Origin: an uncultured delta proteobacterium
GTDB lineage: Bacteria > Desulfobacterota > RBG-13-43-22
Direction of reading: 5' to 3'
NCBI GenBank assembly: GCA_963743305.1
Contig: CAVUPH010000032.1
Coordinates: 73,890-137,889, forward strand
DNA length: 64,000 bases
Shown here: positions 50,751-62,560 of the stretch, one piece after another
Position numbering within the stretch: position 1 is the first letter of the stretch
How the letters are laid out: each line of letters begins with the position of its first letter
The notes under the pieces: generated by a model
What the model saw: the letters and a program-made list of their open reading frames with translations, nothing else
Databases searched by the model: none
What the model was told of the DNA's origin: nothing
Made by a program: the position numbers and the translations under genes

Positions 50751-51221
50751 TCAATCGATTTTGGACTCAAACATTGACCGGCGATGGGTCACCCAGCCAT
50801 CCAAGGACCATTTCCCGCCGCCTGCTACCATTAAAGTGATCCCGATCGCAATAACCAGAAGATGGTATTCGAACCCTTCGCCCTTTTGGTTTCCAAACCA
50901 GTTCATGAAAAATCCGTTTTGCACGTGGTTCATCAGGGCGCAGACCACCATGTTCACCACAATCCCGAAGGCCGCCACCCGAGTTAGAAACCCGGTGGCC
51001 AAGGCCAATGACCCGAGAAATTCAGCCATGATGGCCAGGAAGGCCAGGATTAAAGGTATCCCGGCTTTGTCGGTAAAAAAAACGAGCGTAGTGCTGAAAC
51101 CCGGCCCGCCGAACCATCCAAAAACCTTTTGGGCTCCGTGAGGGAAAAATACTATCCCCAGCATCAACCGAAGAACCAGGCTGGAAACTGCTTCATCGGT
51201 TTGAAGTAGTCTACTGAACAT
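50751..51221 (-). CDS. DoxX family membrane protein
   Basis: LRL.LG..F.PHGAQK..GWFGG.G, E..G...L..G..TR..A, G.EY, G.G.WSLD. Confidence 0.9.
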   Translation of the reverse strand: MFSRLLQTDEAVSSLVLRLMLGIVFFPHGAQKVFGWFGGPGFSTTLVFFTDKAGIPLILAFLAIMAEFLGSLALATGFLTRVAAFGIVVNMVVCALMNHVQNGFFMNWFGNQKGEGFEYHLLVIAIGITLMVAGGGKWSLDGWVTHRRSMFESKID

Positions 51222-51242
51222 ATTATCCTACCCCCATAGGTT

Positions 51243-51740
51243 CTATTCCAACAATTCCGTTACCAACTCCTCGATTTCCTCTATTTCCCGGCTGAAAAGT
51301 TGCCTGACCGCCTCGAAGATTCTTTCGTAGTTGGCCAGTACTTCCTTCATTTCCTCAATCTGTTCCTGTTGCTTAATTGCGAACAGGAAGGCCCCCTCTC
51401 CCATCTTGAGTAAGTCGGTTTTTCGACCAATTAATCCCAGTTTCTTAGCGGCAGGTTTCTTCCCGATAACTGCCGGGACCAATGCCGGAGCCTTCTTCCG
51501 TGGCTTCCTTTCTGGGACCTTCTTGACTTTAGCGGTCGCAGCCTTCTTCGGCCCCGGTTTCCGGCGTTGGACTTTCTTGGCCTGTTTCTTCGGAGAGGCC
51601 TTGGCGACCACCTCAGGTTTTTCGACTTTCTTTTTCACTACCGCTTTCCTTGGCTTTTTAATCGGGGCTTCGGACCTTGTTTCGACGATTTTGGACGGTT
51701 GTTGCAAATCGGTGACCCCGATCTTCTTTTCCTTTTTCAT
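51243..51740 (-). CDS. Hypothetical protein: Lys/Pro/Ala-rich basic N-terminal region plus acidic coiled-coil C-terminus
   Basis: ORF with RBS GAGGAG. KKPRK/KKQAKK/RKPRKK repeats. Confidence 0.65.
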   Translation of the reverse strand: MKKEKKIGVTDLQQPSKIVETRSEAPIKKPRKAVVKKKVEKPEVVAKASPKKQAKKVQRRKPGPKKAATAKVKKVPERKPRKKAPALVPAVIGKKPAAKKLGLIGRKTDLLKMGEGAFLFAIKQQEQIEEMKEVLANYERIFEAVRQLFSREIEEIEELVTELLE

Positions 51741-51942
51741 AAATTTCTCCTCATTTTGATTGATGGTTGAAGGATGGGACGGAAACGCTTTGATATAAAA
51801 GGGAAAATAGCCGAGTACTAAAAAATAGTCAACAGAATTAGTATGTCAGCCATGTTTTTCACTTCCCGAGAAAACTAGTAAAAAAACTAATTCGACTCAA
51901 GAAACTTATTTTGCTTTTGTCCTGATCTGACAATCCCCGGGT

Positions 51943-52321
51943 TTATGCTGGCATCAAAGTTACACTGAAGGAGGCGCCTCTATGGACCCGAGCTAAGATT
52001 TTCTGGAAATTGTCAAGTTCGCCCGGACTCCTGTTTACGAGAACCTGGTCCTTTTCAATGTATAGTGTGGTACCGCCGACCAGCCGACCTTCCCCATCAA
52101 AGAGACCCCCACCGCTGGAACCGGAGAGATGGCCGCCGTGGTCTGATTGAAGGGTGGCGGTCCACCCGGAGTTGCGCGACGATGCCGTCGGAAAGGAAAA
52201 CGTCCCAGGGGTATTAATTCTTGGCATAGAACTGCCTGGTTTGCGGGTCACCGGTCATTGGCCTCTTTTCTGGTTCCAATTTCGTCTTTCCTTTTTTCCC
52301 AACTCGTTGTGGTTTTCTCAT
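51943..52321 (-). pseudogene. Decayed trypsin-like (S1C) serine protease fragment
   Basis: GSSGGGLFDGEGRLVG catalytic-Ser motif, with no recognisable His/Asp regions. Confidence 0.45.
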
Positions 52322-52400
52322 GGTGGCTCTCCTAAGGGAGCCACCTCTAAATTTCACTGGATTATAAGTAACGGTGAAGAAATGAAGCACCGGGGCTTAC

Positions 52401-52708
52401 ATGCCGACTATATCGATGTTTTACGGAATTATCATCCGCATGTTCTGTTCCCCCGCAGAACATAATCCTCCCCATATTGATGCGTACTACCAAGAGTTCA
52501 TGGCGATAGTCGATATTCTATCGGGCGAGGTATCTGCGGGTAGCATCCCCCCTAAACAGACAAAGCTTGTCCTCGCTTGGGTCGAAATCCACTTGGCAAA
52601 TTCTCCGAACTACGAAACCCATCTCTCTTCTCCTCGGTAACGATCAAGTTTGATAGCATCGAATGGGCCAACCATCTCGACCTTGACCCGGAATTCCTGT
52701 ACGAGTAG
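52401..52708 (+). pseudogene. DUF4160/DUF2442 toxin-antitoxin-like pair with internal deletion
   Basis: MPTISMFYGIIIRM....EHNPPHI.A.Y...LV.AW.EIH (DUF4160) runs into FSSVTIKFDSIEWANHLDLDPEFLYE* (DUF2442 C-terminus). Confidence 0.6.
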
Positions 52709-52788
52709 AGCGTAGATGCAATTACATAACAGGAAACGCCGATTTCGCCGGTGGGAAAGATTTACGATTTGGTGGGGAGAAGAGAAGC

Positions 52789-53292
52789 TCAGGAAGGCTT
52801 TGGCGACAGGGCGACGCGCCGGCGGCCTGGGGGCCGGCGGTAATGCCGGTAATACTCGTTGAGAAAACGCTTGATATCCGGGCGCCCTTTGAGCGGCCGG
52901 TCCAATTTTTCCACGGCTCGGATCACGTCCCCGGCCGAGGCCCCTGTCGGAAACAGGTTGGCCAACACCACCAGGCTCAACCCCAGGGTCTCATCGTCGG
53001 TGTAGAGGATAAAAGGGTATTGATCGCTGCCGCGAATAAACCGGGCAAACTTGACCACCCAGGGTTCATCAATTTGACAGGAAGCGAGATCGCAGGACTC
53101 CACCGGGATGGTGGTGTACTTCATGCCGGCCGCCTTCACCCGTCTGGCCAATCCCTTGTCCCGGAGTTCCGGAGGCAGGATATCCAGCACCATCCGGTAG
53201 CCCTGGCCGGCCAGGACGGTCCATTCCTCCTCCTTGGGCCGACCGATAAGAATCGAATCCTTATCCAGTTTGATATGTTTCAGGAGATACAT
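52789..53292 (-). CDS. Hypothetical protein, possibly PTP/DUF442-like fold without the CX5R motif
   Basis: G.P..E.W..LA..GY..V.D, V.A.GM.Y..IPV, then PFILYTDDETLG where HCxxGxR would be expected. Confidence 0.45.
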   Translation of the reverse strand: MYLLKHIKLDKDSILIGRPKEEEWTVLAGQGYRMVLDILPPELRDKGLARRVKAAGMKYTTIPVESCDLASCQIDEPWVVKFARFIRGSDQYPFILYTDDETLGLSLVVLANLFPTGASAGDVIRAVEKLDRPLKGRPDIKRFLNEYYRHYRRPPGRRRVALSPKPS

Positions 53293-53417
53293 GTTGAAAG
53301 ACCACCGTGCGGCGAAGCCGCAATCAAATTCAAAATCAAAAAAAATTCAAAAGTTGCAGGAATACCGAATCAGGAACTCCTGATTTTCGCTCAGCGCTTT
53401 GCGCCCGGCGTTTCCTC

Positions 53418-55862
53418 TTAATGCGCCACCAACTCGGGGAGAACCGGGACCTCTTCCAGATAAAAAGGCCGGGTCTCTCCTTCCGGCATTTCCTTAAAGA
53501 GCTTTTCCGGATCAGTCAACACCAGGGCCTGACGAAGCACTTCATCCATACTTTCCACTGGAAAAATTTCCAGGGACTTTAGCACCTTGGCGGGAATGTC
53601 CCTCAGGTCTTTTTCATTGTCCTTGGGAATGATCACCGTCTTCACTTTGCCGCGCTGAGCGGCAATCAATTTTTCCTTCAACCCGCCTATGGGCAGGACC
53701 CGACCACGCAACGTGATCTCGCCGGTCATGGCCACTTTCCGTTTGACCGGAATTTTGAGCAGGGCCGAGACAATGGAAGTGGCGATGGTAATCCCCGCCG
53801 AGGGTCCGTCCTTGGGAATGGCCCCCTCGGGAATATGAATATGGATATCCATTTTCTGATAAAAATTGATGGGCAGCCCCAGGCGTTCCGCCCGGGAACG
53901 GACGTAACTCAAGGCCGCCTGGGCCGACTCCTGCATGACCTCCCCCAGTTTTCCGGTGATGATCAGCTTGCCTTTGCCCGGCATCAGCACTACCTCGGTC
54001 AAGAGTAGTTCTCCGCCGAACTCCGTCCAGGCCAGCCCGGTGGTAATGCCGATCTCGTCCTTTTCTTCGGTTTCCCCATAACGGAACTTGGAGACCCCCA
54101 AGTATTTGGGAATGGAGGAGGCGTTGATCTCCACCCGGGTACCCATCCCCTTCTTGACCACTTCCTTGGCCACCTTCCGGCAAAGCGAGGCAATTTCCCG
54201 CTCCAGGTTGCGCACCCCGGCCTCCCGGGTGAAATGGCGAATAATCGCCAAAATGGCGTTATCGGAAATCTCGATATGCTCGGGTGCCAGGCCATTGGCC
54301 TCCACCTGTTTCTTCACCAGGAATTGGCGGGCGATTTGAAGTTTTTCCTGTTCCGTATATCCCGGCAAGCGGATGATTTCCATCCGGTCCTGCAGGGGCA
54401 GGGGGATGGAATAGAGGGTGTTGGCCGTCGTAATAAAAAAGACCTCCGACAGGTCATAATCGATATCCAGATAATGGTCATTGAAGGCGAAGTTCTGTTC
54501 CGGGTCCAGGACTTCCAGCAGGGCCGCCGAAGGATCTCCCCGGAAATCCGTGCTCATCTTGTCCACTTCATCGAGGCAGAAAACCGGATTGTTGGACTTG
54601 GCCTTGCGCAACGATTGGACGATCTTTCCCGGAAGCGCCCCGATATACGTCCGCCGATGGCCCCGAATTTCCGCTTCATCGCGAACCCCGCCCAGAGACA
54701 GACGGATGAAATTGCGCCCCGTGGACCGGGCAATCGATTTGGCCAGGGAGGTTTTCCCCACGCCCGGGGGGCCCACAAAACAAAGAATCGGACCGCGGAT
54801 TTTCTTATTCAAGCTCTGAACCGCCAGGTATTCCAGGATCCGCTCTTTCGGTTTTTCCAGGCCGTAGTGGTCTTCATGGAGAATTTTTTCCGCTTCGTCG
54901 ATATCCAGTTTCACCCGGCTTTTGTTGTACCAGGGCAGTGCCAGCAGCCAGTCGATGTAATTGCGCACCACCGTCGCCTCCGCCGACATGGGGGACATCA
55001 TTTTCAATTTTTTCAATTCGTGGCGGACCTTGGTTCCGGCCTCCTTGGACATGCGTTTGCGTTTAATCTGCTTTTCCAGTTCCTGGATCTCATTCTTAAA
55101 GTCGTCCTGCTCCCCCATCTCTTTCTGGATGGCCCGCATCTGCTCGTTCAAGTAGTAATCCCGCTGGGTCTTCTCCATTTGTTTCTTGACCCGGCCTTTG
55201 ATGCGCTGTTCGATCTCTAAGATATCAATTTCGCCCCGCATGAATTCGTAAAGCTTTTCCAGTCGCTGGCTGACCTGAATGATCTCCAGGACCTCCTGCT
55301 TCTGCTCCAACTTGATTCCTAAATGGGGGACCAGGGCATCGACCAGGCGGGTGGGATCATCGAGGCCGTTGATGGTATGGACCAGCTCCTGGGGAATTTT
55401 CTTGTTGAATTTTTGATAATTCTCAAAGGTGTTCTTGACCGTCCGGACCAGCGCTTCCCTCTCGGATTCCGTGGCCGGAAGATCCGTCAGTTCCTCCACT
55501 TCCACCAGAAAAAAGGTCTTATTGGGCAAATAGCGCCGGGCCCGGGCCCGATACCGGCCCTCGATCAAGACCTTGACCGTCCCGTCAGGCAGACGAAGCA
55601 TTTGCAAAATCGTGCTCACGGTTCCTACCTGATAAAGCTCCCTTTCCGAAGGATCGTCTATTTTGGCCTGACGCTGGGCCAGGAGAAAAACATCTTTTTC
55701 CAGGGACATGCTGTACTCCAGCGCCTGGATGGATTTTTCGCGCCCCACAAACAAAGGGGCCACCATCCCGGGAAAAACAACAATGTCTCTGAGCGGCAGC
55801 ACGGGGATGATTTGTTTAAGCCCCCGAGATTGATGCTGGTCTTTAGAAATGATTTCCGACAT
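53418..55862 (-). CDS. lon: ATP-dependent protease La
   Basis: [44 protein letters not shown]. Confidence 0.97.
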   Translation of the reverse strand: MSEIISKDQHQSRGLKQIIPVLPLRDIVVFPGMVAPLFVGREKSIQALEYSMSLEKDVFLLAQRQAKIDDPSERELYQVGTVSTILQMLRLPDGTVKVLIEGRYRARARRYLPNKTFFLVEVEELTDLPATESEREALVRTVKNTFENYQKFNKKIPQELVHTINGLDDPTRLVDALVPHLGIKLEQKQEVLEIIQVSQRLEKLYEFMRGEIDILEIEQRIKGRVKKQMEKTQRDYYLNEQMRAIQKEMGEQDDFKNEIQELEKQIKRKRMSKEAGTKVRHELKKLKMMSPMSAEATVVRNYIDWLLALPWYNKSRVKLDIDEAEKILHEDHYGLEKPKERILEYLAVQSLNKKIRGPILCFVGPPGVGKTSLAKSIARSTGRNFIRLSLGGVRDEAEIRGHRRTYIGALPGKIVQSLRKAKSNNPVFCLDEVDKMSTDFRGDPSAALLEVLDPEQNFAFNDHYLDIDYDLSEVFFITTANTLYSIPLPLQDRMEIIRLPGYTEQEKLQIARQFLVKKQVEANGLAPEHIEISDNAILAIIRHFTREAGVRNLEREIASLCRKVAKEVVKKGMGTRVEINASSIPKYLGVSKFRYGETEEKDEIGITTGLAWTEFGGELLLTEVVLMPGKGKLIITGKLGEVMQESAQAALSYVRSRAERLGLPINFYQKMDIHIHIPEGAIPKDGPSAGITIATSIVSALLKIPVKRKVAMTGEITLRGRVLPIGGLKEKLIAAQRGKVKTVIIPKDNEKDLRDIPAKVLKSLEIFPVESMDEVLRQALVLTDPEKLFKEMPEGETRPFYLEEVPVLPELVAH

Positions 55863-55873
55863 AAGGACTTCCT

Positions 55874-57133
55874 TTAGGCTGATTCGGCCTGATTTTCATA
55901 AAGGAGTATGGGCGCCTCCTTGGTTAACACCACTTCCTCACTGATGATGCATTCCCTCACATTGCTCAACGAGGGAATCTCAAACATGATATCCAACATG
56001 GAATTCTCCAGGATGGAACGCAGTCCCCGGGCCCCGGATTTGCGTTTCAGCGCCTCCCGGGCAACGGCCTTAATAGCCCCCTCGGTGAACTTCAAATCGA
56101 CGCCCTGTAATTGGAAAAGCTTTTGATACTGACGAACGATGGCATTTTTGGGTTCCCTAAGGATCCGAATCAAGGCCTCTTCGCTCAGTTCATCCAAGGT
56201 GGCAATGACCGGCAGACGGCCGATAAATTCCGGGATCAATCCGAATTTAAGCAGGTCTTCCGGTCGGACCCCCTCCAAAATCTCTCCCAGGCGTTTTTTC
56301 TCGGAACGTTTTTGGATATTGGCCCCGAAGCCCATGGCCTTGGCTCCCAACCGGCCCTGGATTATTTTATCCAGTCCGTTAAAGGCCCCCCCGCAGATGA
56401 AAAGGATATTGGAGGTGTCCACCCGAACGAATTCCTGCTGGGGGTGCTTGCGCCCGCCCTTGGGGGGAACACTGGCCATGGTCCCCTCGATAATCTTAAG
56501 TAGTGCCTGCTGAACTCCTTCCCCGGATACATCCCGGGTGATGGAGGTGTTCTCCGACTTGCGGGCAATTTTATCGATCTCGTCAATATAGACGATCCCG
56601 CGACTGGCCCGTTCCACATCATATTCAGCGGCCTGCAACAAATTCAAAATGATATTTTCCACGTCCTCGCCCACGTACCCGGCTTCCGTCAGCGCCGTAG
56701 CGTCGGCAATGGTAAAAGGCACTTTTAAGATTTTAGCCAGAGTCTGAGCTAAAAGGGTCTTGCCGGATCCGGTGGGACCGATTAACAAAATGTTACTTTT
56801 TTGCAGATCCACCCCGTCCATGTCGATCTTGGTGTCAATCCGTTGGTAGTGGTTATGGACGGCCACCGACAATATCTTCTTGGCTTTTTCCTGTTCAATG
56901 ACGTATTGATCGAGGGTGGCCTTGATATCCGCCGGTTTGGGAACTTTATCACCGACCTGGGCTTCCTCCTTCTCGTATTCTTCGGCAATGATTTCATTGC
57001 AGAGACCGATGCATTCATCGCAAATGTAGACCGAAGGCCCGGCGATCAACTTTTTGACTTCCTCCTGGTTTTTCCCGCAAAAGGAGCAGACCAGTTCGTT
57101 CCCCTTGCCCTTGTCATTGCCTCTCTTGTTCAT
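55874..57133 (-). CDS. clpX: ClpX ATPase
   Basis: CSFCGK...ICDEC zinc finger, [22 protein letters not shown]. Confidence 0.97.
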   Translation of the reverse strand: MNKRGNDKGKGNELVCSFCGKNQEEVKKLIAGPSVYICDECIGLCNEIIAEEYEKEEAQVGDKVPKPADIKATLDQYVIEQEKAKKILSVAVHNHYQRIDTKIDMDGVDLQKSNILLIGPTGSGKTLLAQTLAKILKVPFTIADATALTEAGYVGEDVENIILNLLQAAEYDVERASRGIVYIDEIDKIARKSENTSITRDVSGEGVQQALLKIIEGTMASVPPKGGRKHPQQEFVRVDTSNILFICGGAFNGLDKIIQGRLGAKAMGFGANIQKRSEKKRLGEILEGVRPEDLLKFGLIPEFIGRLPVIATLDELSEEALIRILREPKNAIVRQYQKLFQLQGVDLKFTEGAIKAVAREALKRKSGARGLRSILENSMLDIMFEIPSLSNVRECIISEEVVLTKEAPILLYENQAESA

Positions 57134-57165
57134 GCTACCTTCCTCATTTCTGCCTTGACTTGACT

Positions 57166-57771
57166 TTAACTCACCGCGGCGGGTGCCGGTTCTCGTTGAG
57201 AAATCACCTTGTCCACGATGCCGTATTCCTTAGCCTGTTCCCCGGTCATGAAAAAATCCCGATCCGTGTCTTTTTGAATTTTTTCATAAGGCTGCCCGGT
57301 ATGCCGGACCAGAATATTGTTCAGCTCTTCCCGCATGCGCAAAATCTCCCGAGCCTGGATATCCACATCGGTGGCCTGTCCCTGGAACCCCCCTAAGGGT
57401 TGATGGATTAGAATTCGGGAGTGGGGCAAGGCATAACGCAGTCCCGGGGCGCCGGCCGCCAGCAACAAAGCGCCCATACTCGAAGCCTGTCCGAGGCACA
57501 AGGTGGAAATATTCGGTTTGATGTACTGCATGGTGTCGTAAATCGCCAGACCGGAAGTGACAACTCCACCCGGAGAATTGATATACATGTGGATATCCTT
57601 ATCCGGATCATCGGCCTCCAGGAAAAGGAGCTGGGCGATAATCAGATTGGCGACATGGTCTTCAATGGGGGAACCTAAAAAGAGGATTCGGTCCTTGAGC
57701 AGACGGGAATAGATATCATAGGCCCTCTCCCCCCGGCTGTCCTGTTCGACTACAATAGGTATTAACGTCAT
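57166..57771 (-). CDS. clpP: ClpP protease
   Basis: [34 protein letters not shown]. Confidence 0.97.
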   Translation of the reverse strand: MTLIPIVVEQDSRGERAYDIYSRLLKDRILFLGSPIEDHVANLIIAQLLFLEADDPDKDIHMYINSPGGVVTSGLAIYDTMQYIKPNISTLCLGQASSMGALLLAAGAPGLRYALPHSRILIHQPLGGFQGQATDVDIQAREILRMREELNNILVRHTGQPYEKIQKDTDRDFFMTGEQAKEYGIVDKVISQREPAPAAVS

Positions 57772-57789
57772 AAATATTCCTCAACGATT

Positions 57790-59079
57790 CTATGAATGAG
57801 TGATTTGGGCCTGATCTTTTAAAAAGGTCAACGTTTTTTCTTCGAGCAATTGGGCGCTCAACTGGGGCAGCATATTGTTTTTCTGGTACACTTCCCGAAC
57901 AAAACCAGCCGATTGGTTGACTCCCTGAGCAATCTTGGCGAATTCGGCCTCCAGTTCCTCTTGAAGCACCTCCAGAGACTCCAAGGTTGCTATTTTTTCC
58001 AGAATCAACTGCCGGCGCACCCTTTTTTGAGCTACCGGTTTCATATTTTCCCGGATTCGATTGTGGTCCGCCTCGTTTTGGGGCCAAGTCATACCTCGTC
58101 GGGTCATGTCCTGCTCCAAACGGGCCATCATGGCCTCCATTTCCTGATCGACCAACGCTTCGGGAACCTCAAACTCCGTTTTGGCCATTAACTGTTCCAG
58201 GAGCTCTTCGTTTACTTTAGCCTCAGCCCGCTGTTTTTCCATATTTTCCAGATCTTCCCGAATCTTAGCCTTGAGATCCTCCAGGGAATTGAATAACCCC
58301 TCTTGCAGGCTTTTAGCAAATTCATCGTTTAATTCCGGAAGGTTCCGTTCCTTGATCTCTTTCAGGGTGACCCTGTATTTTATCCTTTTACCGGCGAGCA
58401 AGGCATTTCCATGGGTTTCCGGGAATTGAATCTCAAATTCCCTGGTTTCACCCTTTTTCTGACCCAACAGTTCTTTTTCGAAATCCGCGTTAAAATACCC
58501 GCCGCCTACCTCCAAATCAAAATTGGCGGCCGAACCATCGGGTAACGGCTGATCGTCCAGCCAGGAATTATAATCAATGACCGCAAAATCCCCCTCTTGA
58601 AGCGGTCGCTCGGTCTCCAAGGAGGATAACACGCCATGGGATCGCTGGATGAGAGTCAGCCGGTGCTCCACGTCCTCTTCTTTTACGGCCGCCTCCTGCC
58701 GGTTTAACGATAATCCCTTATAATCCGAGATGATAATTTCCGGTTTCAATTCGATCGTGGCTTGAAAGGTAAAGGGCCCCTCGGGATTAAGGGTCGGTTG
58801 GTCCAGCAGGGGCATAGCTATGGGAATCAAATGGGATTCTTTCAAGGCCTCCGGGTAACTTTTAGAAACCAGATTTCGGACCACCTCATCCTCAATCTGA
58901 GGGCCATAATACTTTTCTACCATACTTCGGGGGACTTTCCCCGGCCGGAACCCCTTCATTTTGACTTTCTTGTTGACACCTCGGTAAACCGTCTGCCATT
59001 CTTCTTTTACCTTTTCCGGTTCGACCTCGATAATCAATTTTTTTCGAATCGGGGATAAATCTTCCACCTGTATTTTCAT
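57790..59079 (-). CDS. tig: Trigger factor
   Basis: GFRPGKVP ribosome-binding motif, FKBP-like domain. Upstream of clpP. Confidence 0.95.
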   Translation of the reverse strand: MKIQVEDLSPIRKKLIIEVEPEKVKEEWQTVYRGVNKKVKMKGFRPGKVPRSMVEKYYGPQIEDEVVRNLVSKSYPEALKESHLIPIAMPLLDQPTLNPEGPFTFQATIELKPEIIISDYKGLSLNRQEAAVKEEDVEHRLTLIQRSHGVLSSLETERPLQEGDFAVIDYNSWLDDQPLPDGSAANFDLEVGGGYFNADFEKELLGQKKGETREFEIQFPETHGNALLAGKRIKYRVTLKEIKERNLPELNDEFAKSLQEGLFNSLEDLKAKIREDLENMEKQRAEAKVNEELLEQLMAKTEFEVPEALVDQEMEAMMARLEQDMTRRGMTWPQNEADHNRIRENMKPVAQKRVRRQLILEKIATLESLEVLQEELEAEFAKIAQGVNQSAGFVREVYQKNNMLPQLSAQLLEEKTLTFLKDQAQITHS

Positions 59080-59104
59080 AGCCTTGTCCTTGTTGCGCCG
59101 GTAT

Positions 59105-59191
59105 TGGTGCGAGAGGGGGGATTTGAACCCCCACCCTGTCGCCAGGGCTGGATCCTAAGTCCAGTGCGTCTACCAACTCCGCCACTCTCGC
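59105..59191 (-). tRNA. tRNA-Leu(TAG)
   Basis: GCGAGAGTGGCGGAGTTGGTAGACGCA-CTGGA CT TAG GA TCCAG-...GGTTCAAATCCC...CGCACCA. Usual position upstream of tig. Confidence 0.96.
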
Positions 59192-59304
59192 CCTGTACTA
59201 TCGCCTCTTTATAGGGTTATCTTTAATTTTTTAATATACTTATTCCGCAACCAAAAGTCAAGGTTCCTGACCTGGGGCGGACAGGGTCAAAAGGTCCGGG
59301 GGAG

Positions 59305-59802
59305 CGCCCCGTCCCCGGTCCTCATGCTGACGGCCCGCGACTCCGAGACCGACCTGGTGGTCGGGCTCGCCGTCGGCGCTGACGACTACCTGACCAAGCC
59401 GTTCAGCGCCCGCGAGCTGGTCGCCCGGGTCCACGCCCTGCTCCGCCGGGTCGACCGCAGCCCGGGCTGCCGGCGCGAAGCCCGACACCGTGCGGGTCGG
59501 CGACGTCGTCATCGACGTCGAGGCCCGGCGCGTGCGCCGCGGCGACGAGGTCGTGCACCTCACGCCGACGGAGTTCGACCTGCTGCTCCACCTCGCGCCG
59601 CCCCGGCCGGGTCCTGACGCGCGAGCAGCTGCTCGGTGAGGTCTGGGGCTACCGCGACGGCTCGGGAGCCCGCACCGTCGACTCGCACGTCGCGGCGTTG
59701 CGCCGAAAGCTCGGCGTCGACATCGTGCGGACCGTGCACGGCGTCGGCTACGCCGCCGACGACGCCCACCACGACAAGAGTGTCGAGGACCGGGCCTCGT
59801 GA
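59305..59802 (+). CDS. OmpR-family response regulator, N-terminally truncated at the junction and frameshifted
   Basis: [35 protein letters not shown]; LT.TEF.LL; RTVDSHV..LRRKL; RTV.GVGY. Confidence 0.8.
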
Positions 59803-60850
59803 ACCGCCCCCTGCGCGACGCCCACCTGCGCGACGTCCACCTCCGGGACCTCGACATCCGGCACCCGCTCGCGCCGATCCCGTCGATCAAGCTGAAGCTC
59901 CAGGGGTTCGTCATCGCGGTCACCGTCGCGGTGACGGTGTTCGTCTTCTGGGTCGGCATCAAGGTCGGCATCTGGCCATCCGTCAGCGGTGTCATCGCCG
60001 CGCTGGTGGCCATGGTGATGGTCCGCTATCTGTCGCGGGATGACGTCGCCGCTCCGCGAGATGGCCTCGGCGGCCGACGCCATGGCCAAGGGCGACTACA
60101 GCCGCCGGGTGACCGACTCCTCACACGCGACGAGGTCGGCGCACTGGCCCGGGCCTTCAACGGCATGGCCGCCGAGCTCGCCGAGACCGACCGGATGCGC
60201 CGCGACCTCGTCGCCAACGTGTCGCACGAGCTGCGCACCCCGATCACCGCGCTCCAGGCTCAGCTCGAGAACCTCGTCGACGGCATCGGCGACCCCGACC
60301 CCGAGACCTTCCGCACGATGCTGGCGCAGGTCGAGCGGCTCGGCCGCCTGGTCAAGCAGCTCCTCGACCTGTCGCGCCTCGAGTCGGGGCGCGCTGGCGC
60401 TCGAGCGGTCCGAGTTCGCCGTCGAACCCCTCCTCGAGCACACGGTGCGCGAGCAGCAGCTGCACGAACCCGCGGTCGGGGTCGCGGTCAGCGTCGAACC
60501 TGCCAACCTCACCGCCGCGGCGACCCCGAACACGTCCATCAGGTGGTCGCGAAGCCTGCTCGACGCGGTGCGGTACACGCCACACGGCGGCACCGTCGAG
60601 GTGCACGCCCGGCGCGGCACCGATGGCGTGACGATCGAGGTGCTCGACGAGGGCCCGGGATTCCCGAGTCCGAGCGAGCGTGTTCGAACGCTTCTACCGC
60701 GCTGACGCGGCGCGGGCCTCGAGCGACGGCGGCACGGGCCTCGGCCTCGCGATCGCCCGATGGATCGTGGATCTGCACGGCGGGCAGATCCATCCCGAAC
60801 CGCGGGACCCGCACGGGTGCCGAATGGTCGTGACACTGCCCCGCAACTGA
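59799..60850 (+). CDS. HAMP-containing sensor histidine kinase (frameshifted)
   Basis: [48 protein letters not shown] across frames. Confidence 0.82.
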
Positions 60851-60898
60851 ATCCGACCCCCCGTCACCGACGAACAGACCGAGAGCAGGAGAACACCG

Positions 60899-61540
60899 AT
60901 GGCGCTGGCCCCGATCGACGAAGCCCTCAAGCGAATCCGCCGCGGCGAGATGGTCCTCGTCGTCGACGACGAGGACCGCGAGAACGAGGGCGACCTGACC
61001 ATGGCCGCGAGCTGGGTCAACGGGGACTCCATCAACTTCATGCTGCGGTGGGCGCGGGGCCTCGTGTGCATGCCGTTCTGCGGTGAGCACCTCTCCCACC
61101 TCGACCTGCGCCCGATGGTCCCGCCCGACGAGGCCGGCTGCGACACCGCGTTCACCGTCTCGATCGACCACCTCGGTGCCGGCAGCGGGATTGGTGCCGC
61201 CGACCGGGCGCTGACCATCCAGCGCGCCATCGACGTCGGCGCCCGTCCGAGCGAGTTCCGGCGCCCGGGTCACGTGTTCCCACTCCCGCGCCCGCCCGGG
61301 CGGTGTGCTCGAGCGGCGCGGCCACACCGAGACGGCCGTCGACCTCGCCCGGCTCGCCGGCCTGCCGCCGGTCGCGGTCATCTGCGAGGTCCTCCACGAC
61401 GACGGCTCGCCGGCCCGCTACCCGTACCTCGAGATGTACGCGACCGAGCACCGCATCGCGATGATCTCGGTCGACCAGGTCGCCGAGTACCGGACGGCCC
61501 AGGCCTCGGTCGACCGCTCCCCGCCCCGCTGCTCCTCTAA
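60899..61540 (+). CDS. ribB: 3,4-dihydroxy-2-butanone-4-phosphate synthase (frameshift near 61285)
   Basis: VVDDEDRENEGDL, GLVC, TAFTVSID, GI.A.DRA.TI, RPGHVFPL, R.GHTE..VDLARLAGL, ICE. Confidence 0.88.
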   Translation: MALAPIDEALKRIRRGEMVLVVDDEDRENEGDLTMAASWVNGDSINFMLRWARGLVCMPFCGEHLSHLDLRPMVPPDEAGCDTAFTVSIDHLGAGSGIGAADRALTIQRAIDVGARPSEFRRPGHVFPLPRPPGRCARAARPHRDGRRPRPARRPAAGRGHLRGPPRRRLAGPLPVPRDVRDRAPHRDDLGRPGRRVPDGPGLGRPLPAPLLL

Positions 61541-61572
61541 AGCCCGTTCCCACTCCCGCACAGACCGCACGC

Positions 61573-61829
61573 TCAGGGGCCGGGGTCTTCGCCGATCTCG
61601 CGCAGCGCCGACGCGATCGCGAACCGCAGCTTCCACGCAGTGTCCCGGCGAGATGGGCGACGAGTCCGAGCCCGGCCCGGCCCGCCTCCTCCAGCGTCGG
61701 CACGACGCGCGGCTCGCCCATGCCGCAGGCGTCGCAGTCGTCCACGAGCGCCACCGCCCACGACACGGGCGGGCGTTCGTCGTCGTCATCGGGGTGGTCG
61801 TCGAGGGCGTCGGCGATCGAGCGGCGCAT
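61573..61829 (-). CDS. Small hypothetical protein (frameshifted)
   Basis: RBS GGAGGAG; MRRSIADALDD...DDCDACG.../LRFAIASALREIGEDPGP. Confidence 0.4.
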
Positions 61830-61858
61830 GGGACTCCTCCTGCACGCGGGATTGGGGT

Positions 61859-62503
61859 TCAGACGAGCGAGACGACGACGCGGCGAGCGCGAGGTGGTAC
61901 GTGACCATGATCGCGACCGGGGCGTAGCGGCACCGGCGCGACGAACCGCGTCTCGCCGATCAGGCCGTCCGACACGAAGAACAGCAGCGCGCCGGCGATC
62001 GCCGCCACGTTGGCGCTCCGCTCGCGCCGACCACCATCGACCGCGATGGCGAGGAAATAGGCGACCACCGGCGCGACCAGGGCACGGTGACCGGAACGCA
62101 GCGCGCGCGCGCTGGAACCGGCCGACGAGCCGCCCACCGACGACTCCCACGAACACGAGACCGATCAGCCGTGCCTACGCGCCGCCGGCGCCCGGATGCA
62201 GGAAGAACCCGACCGCGAACAGCAGCTGCCCGACCAGGAAGGAGCACGAGCCCGGGGACGAACCGGTCGCCCGGGAGCATCAGGAAGACGTCCCCGGCGA
62301 GGCAGAACACCGCACGGCGACGAACCACGCCCGGGTGTCGGCGTGCACCGGGTCGACCGTCGCCGCCATCGCCGACCGACGCGGCGGTCGTCGCCGGCTT
62401 GCAGACGTATTCGAGCGGCTTCGCCTCGCGAGCTACGGCGATCCAATCGCCGACGGCGAACGCACCTGCGACCGCGAGCAGCACCCAGCACGGTCGAGGT
62501 CAT
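61859..62503 (-). CDS. YhhN-family lysoplasmalogenase-like membrane protein (frameshifted)
   Basis: EYVCKP, F.LAGDVFLML...F.PGL, GALLFFVSD.LI. Confidence 0.72.
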
Positions 62504-62560
62504 GGCCGGGACGCTAGATCAGTTCCCGCGCCGGCCACGGCTTGGACGACACTGTCGCCC

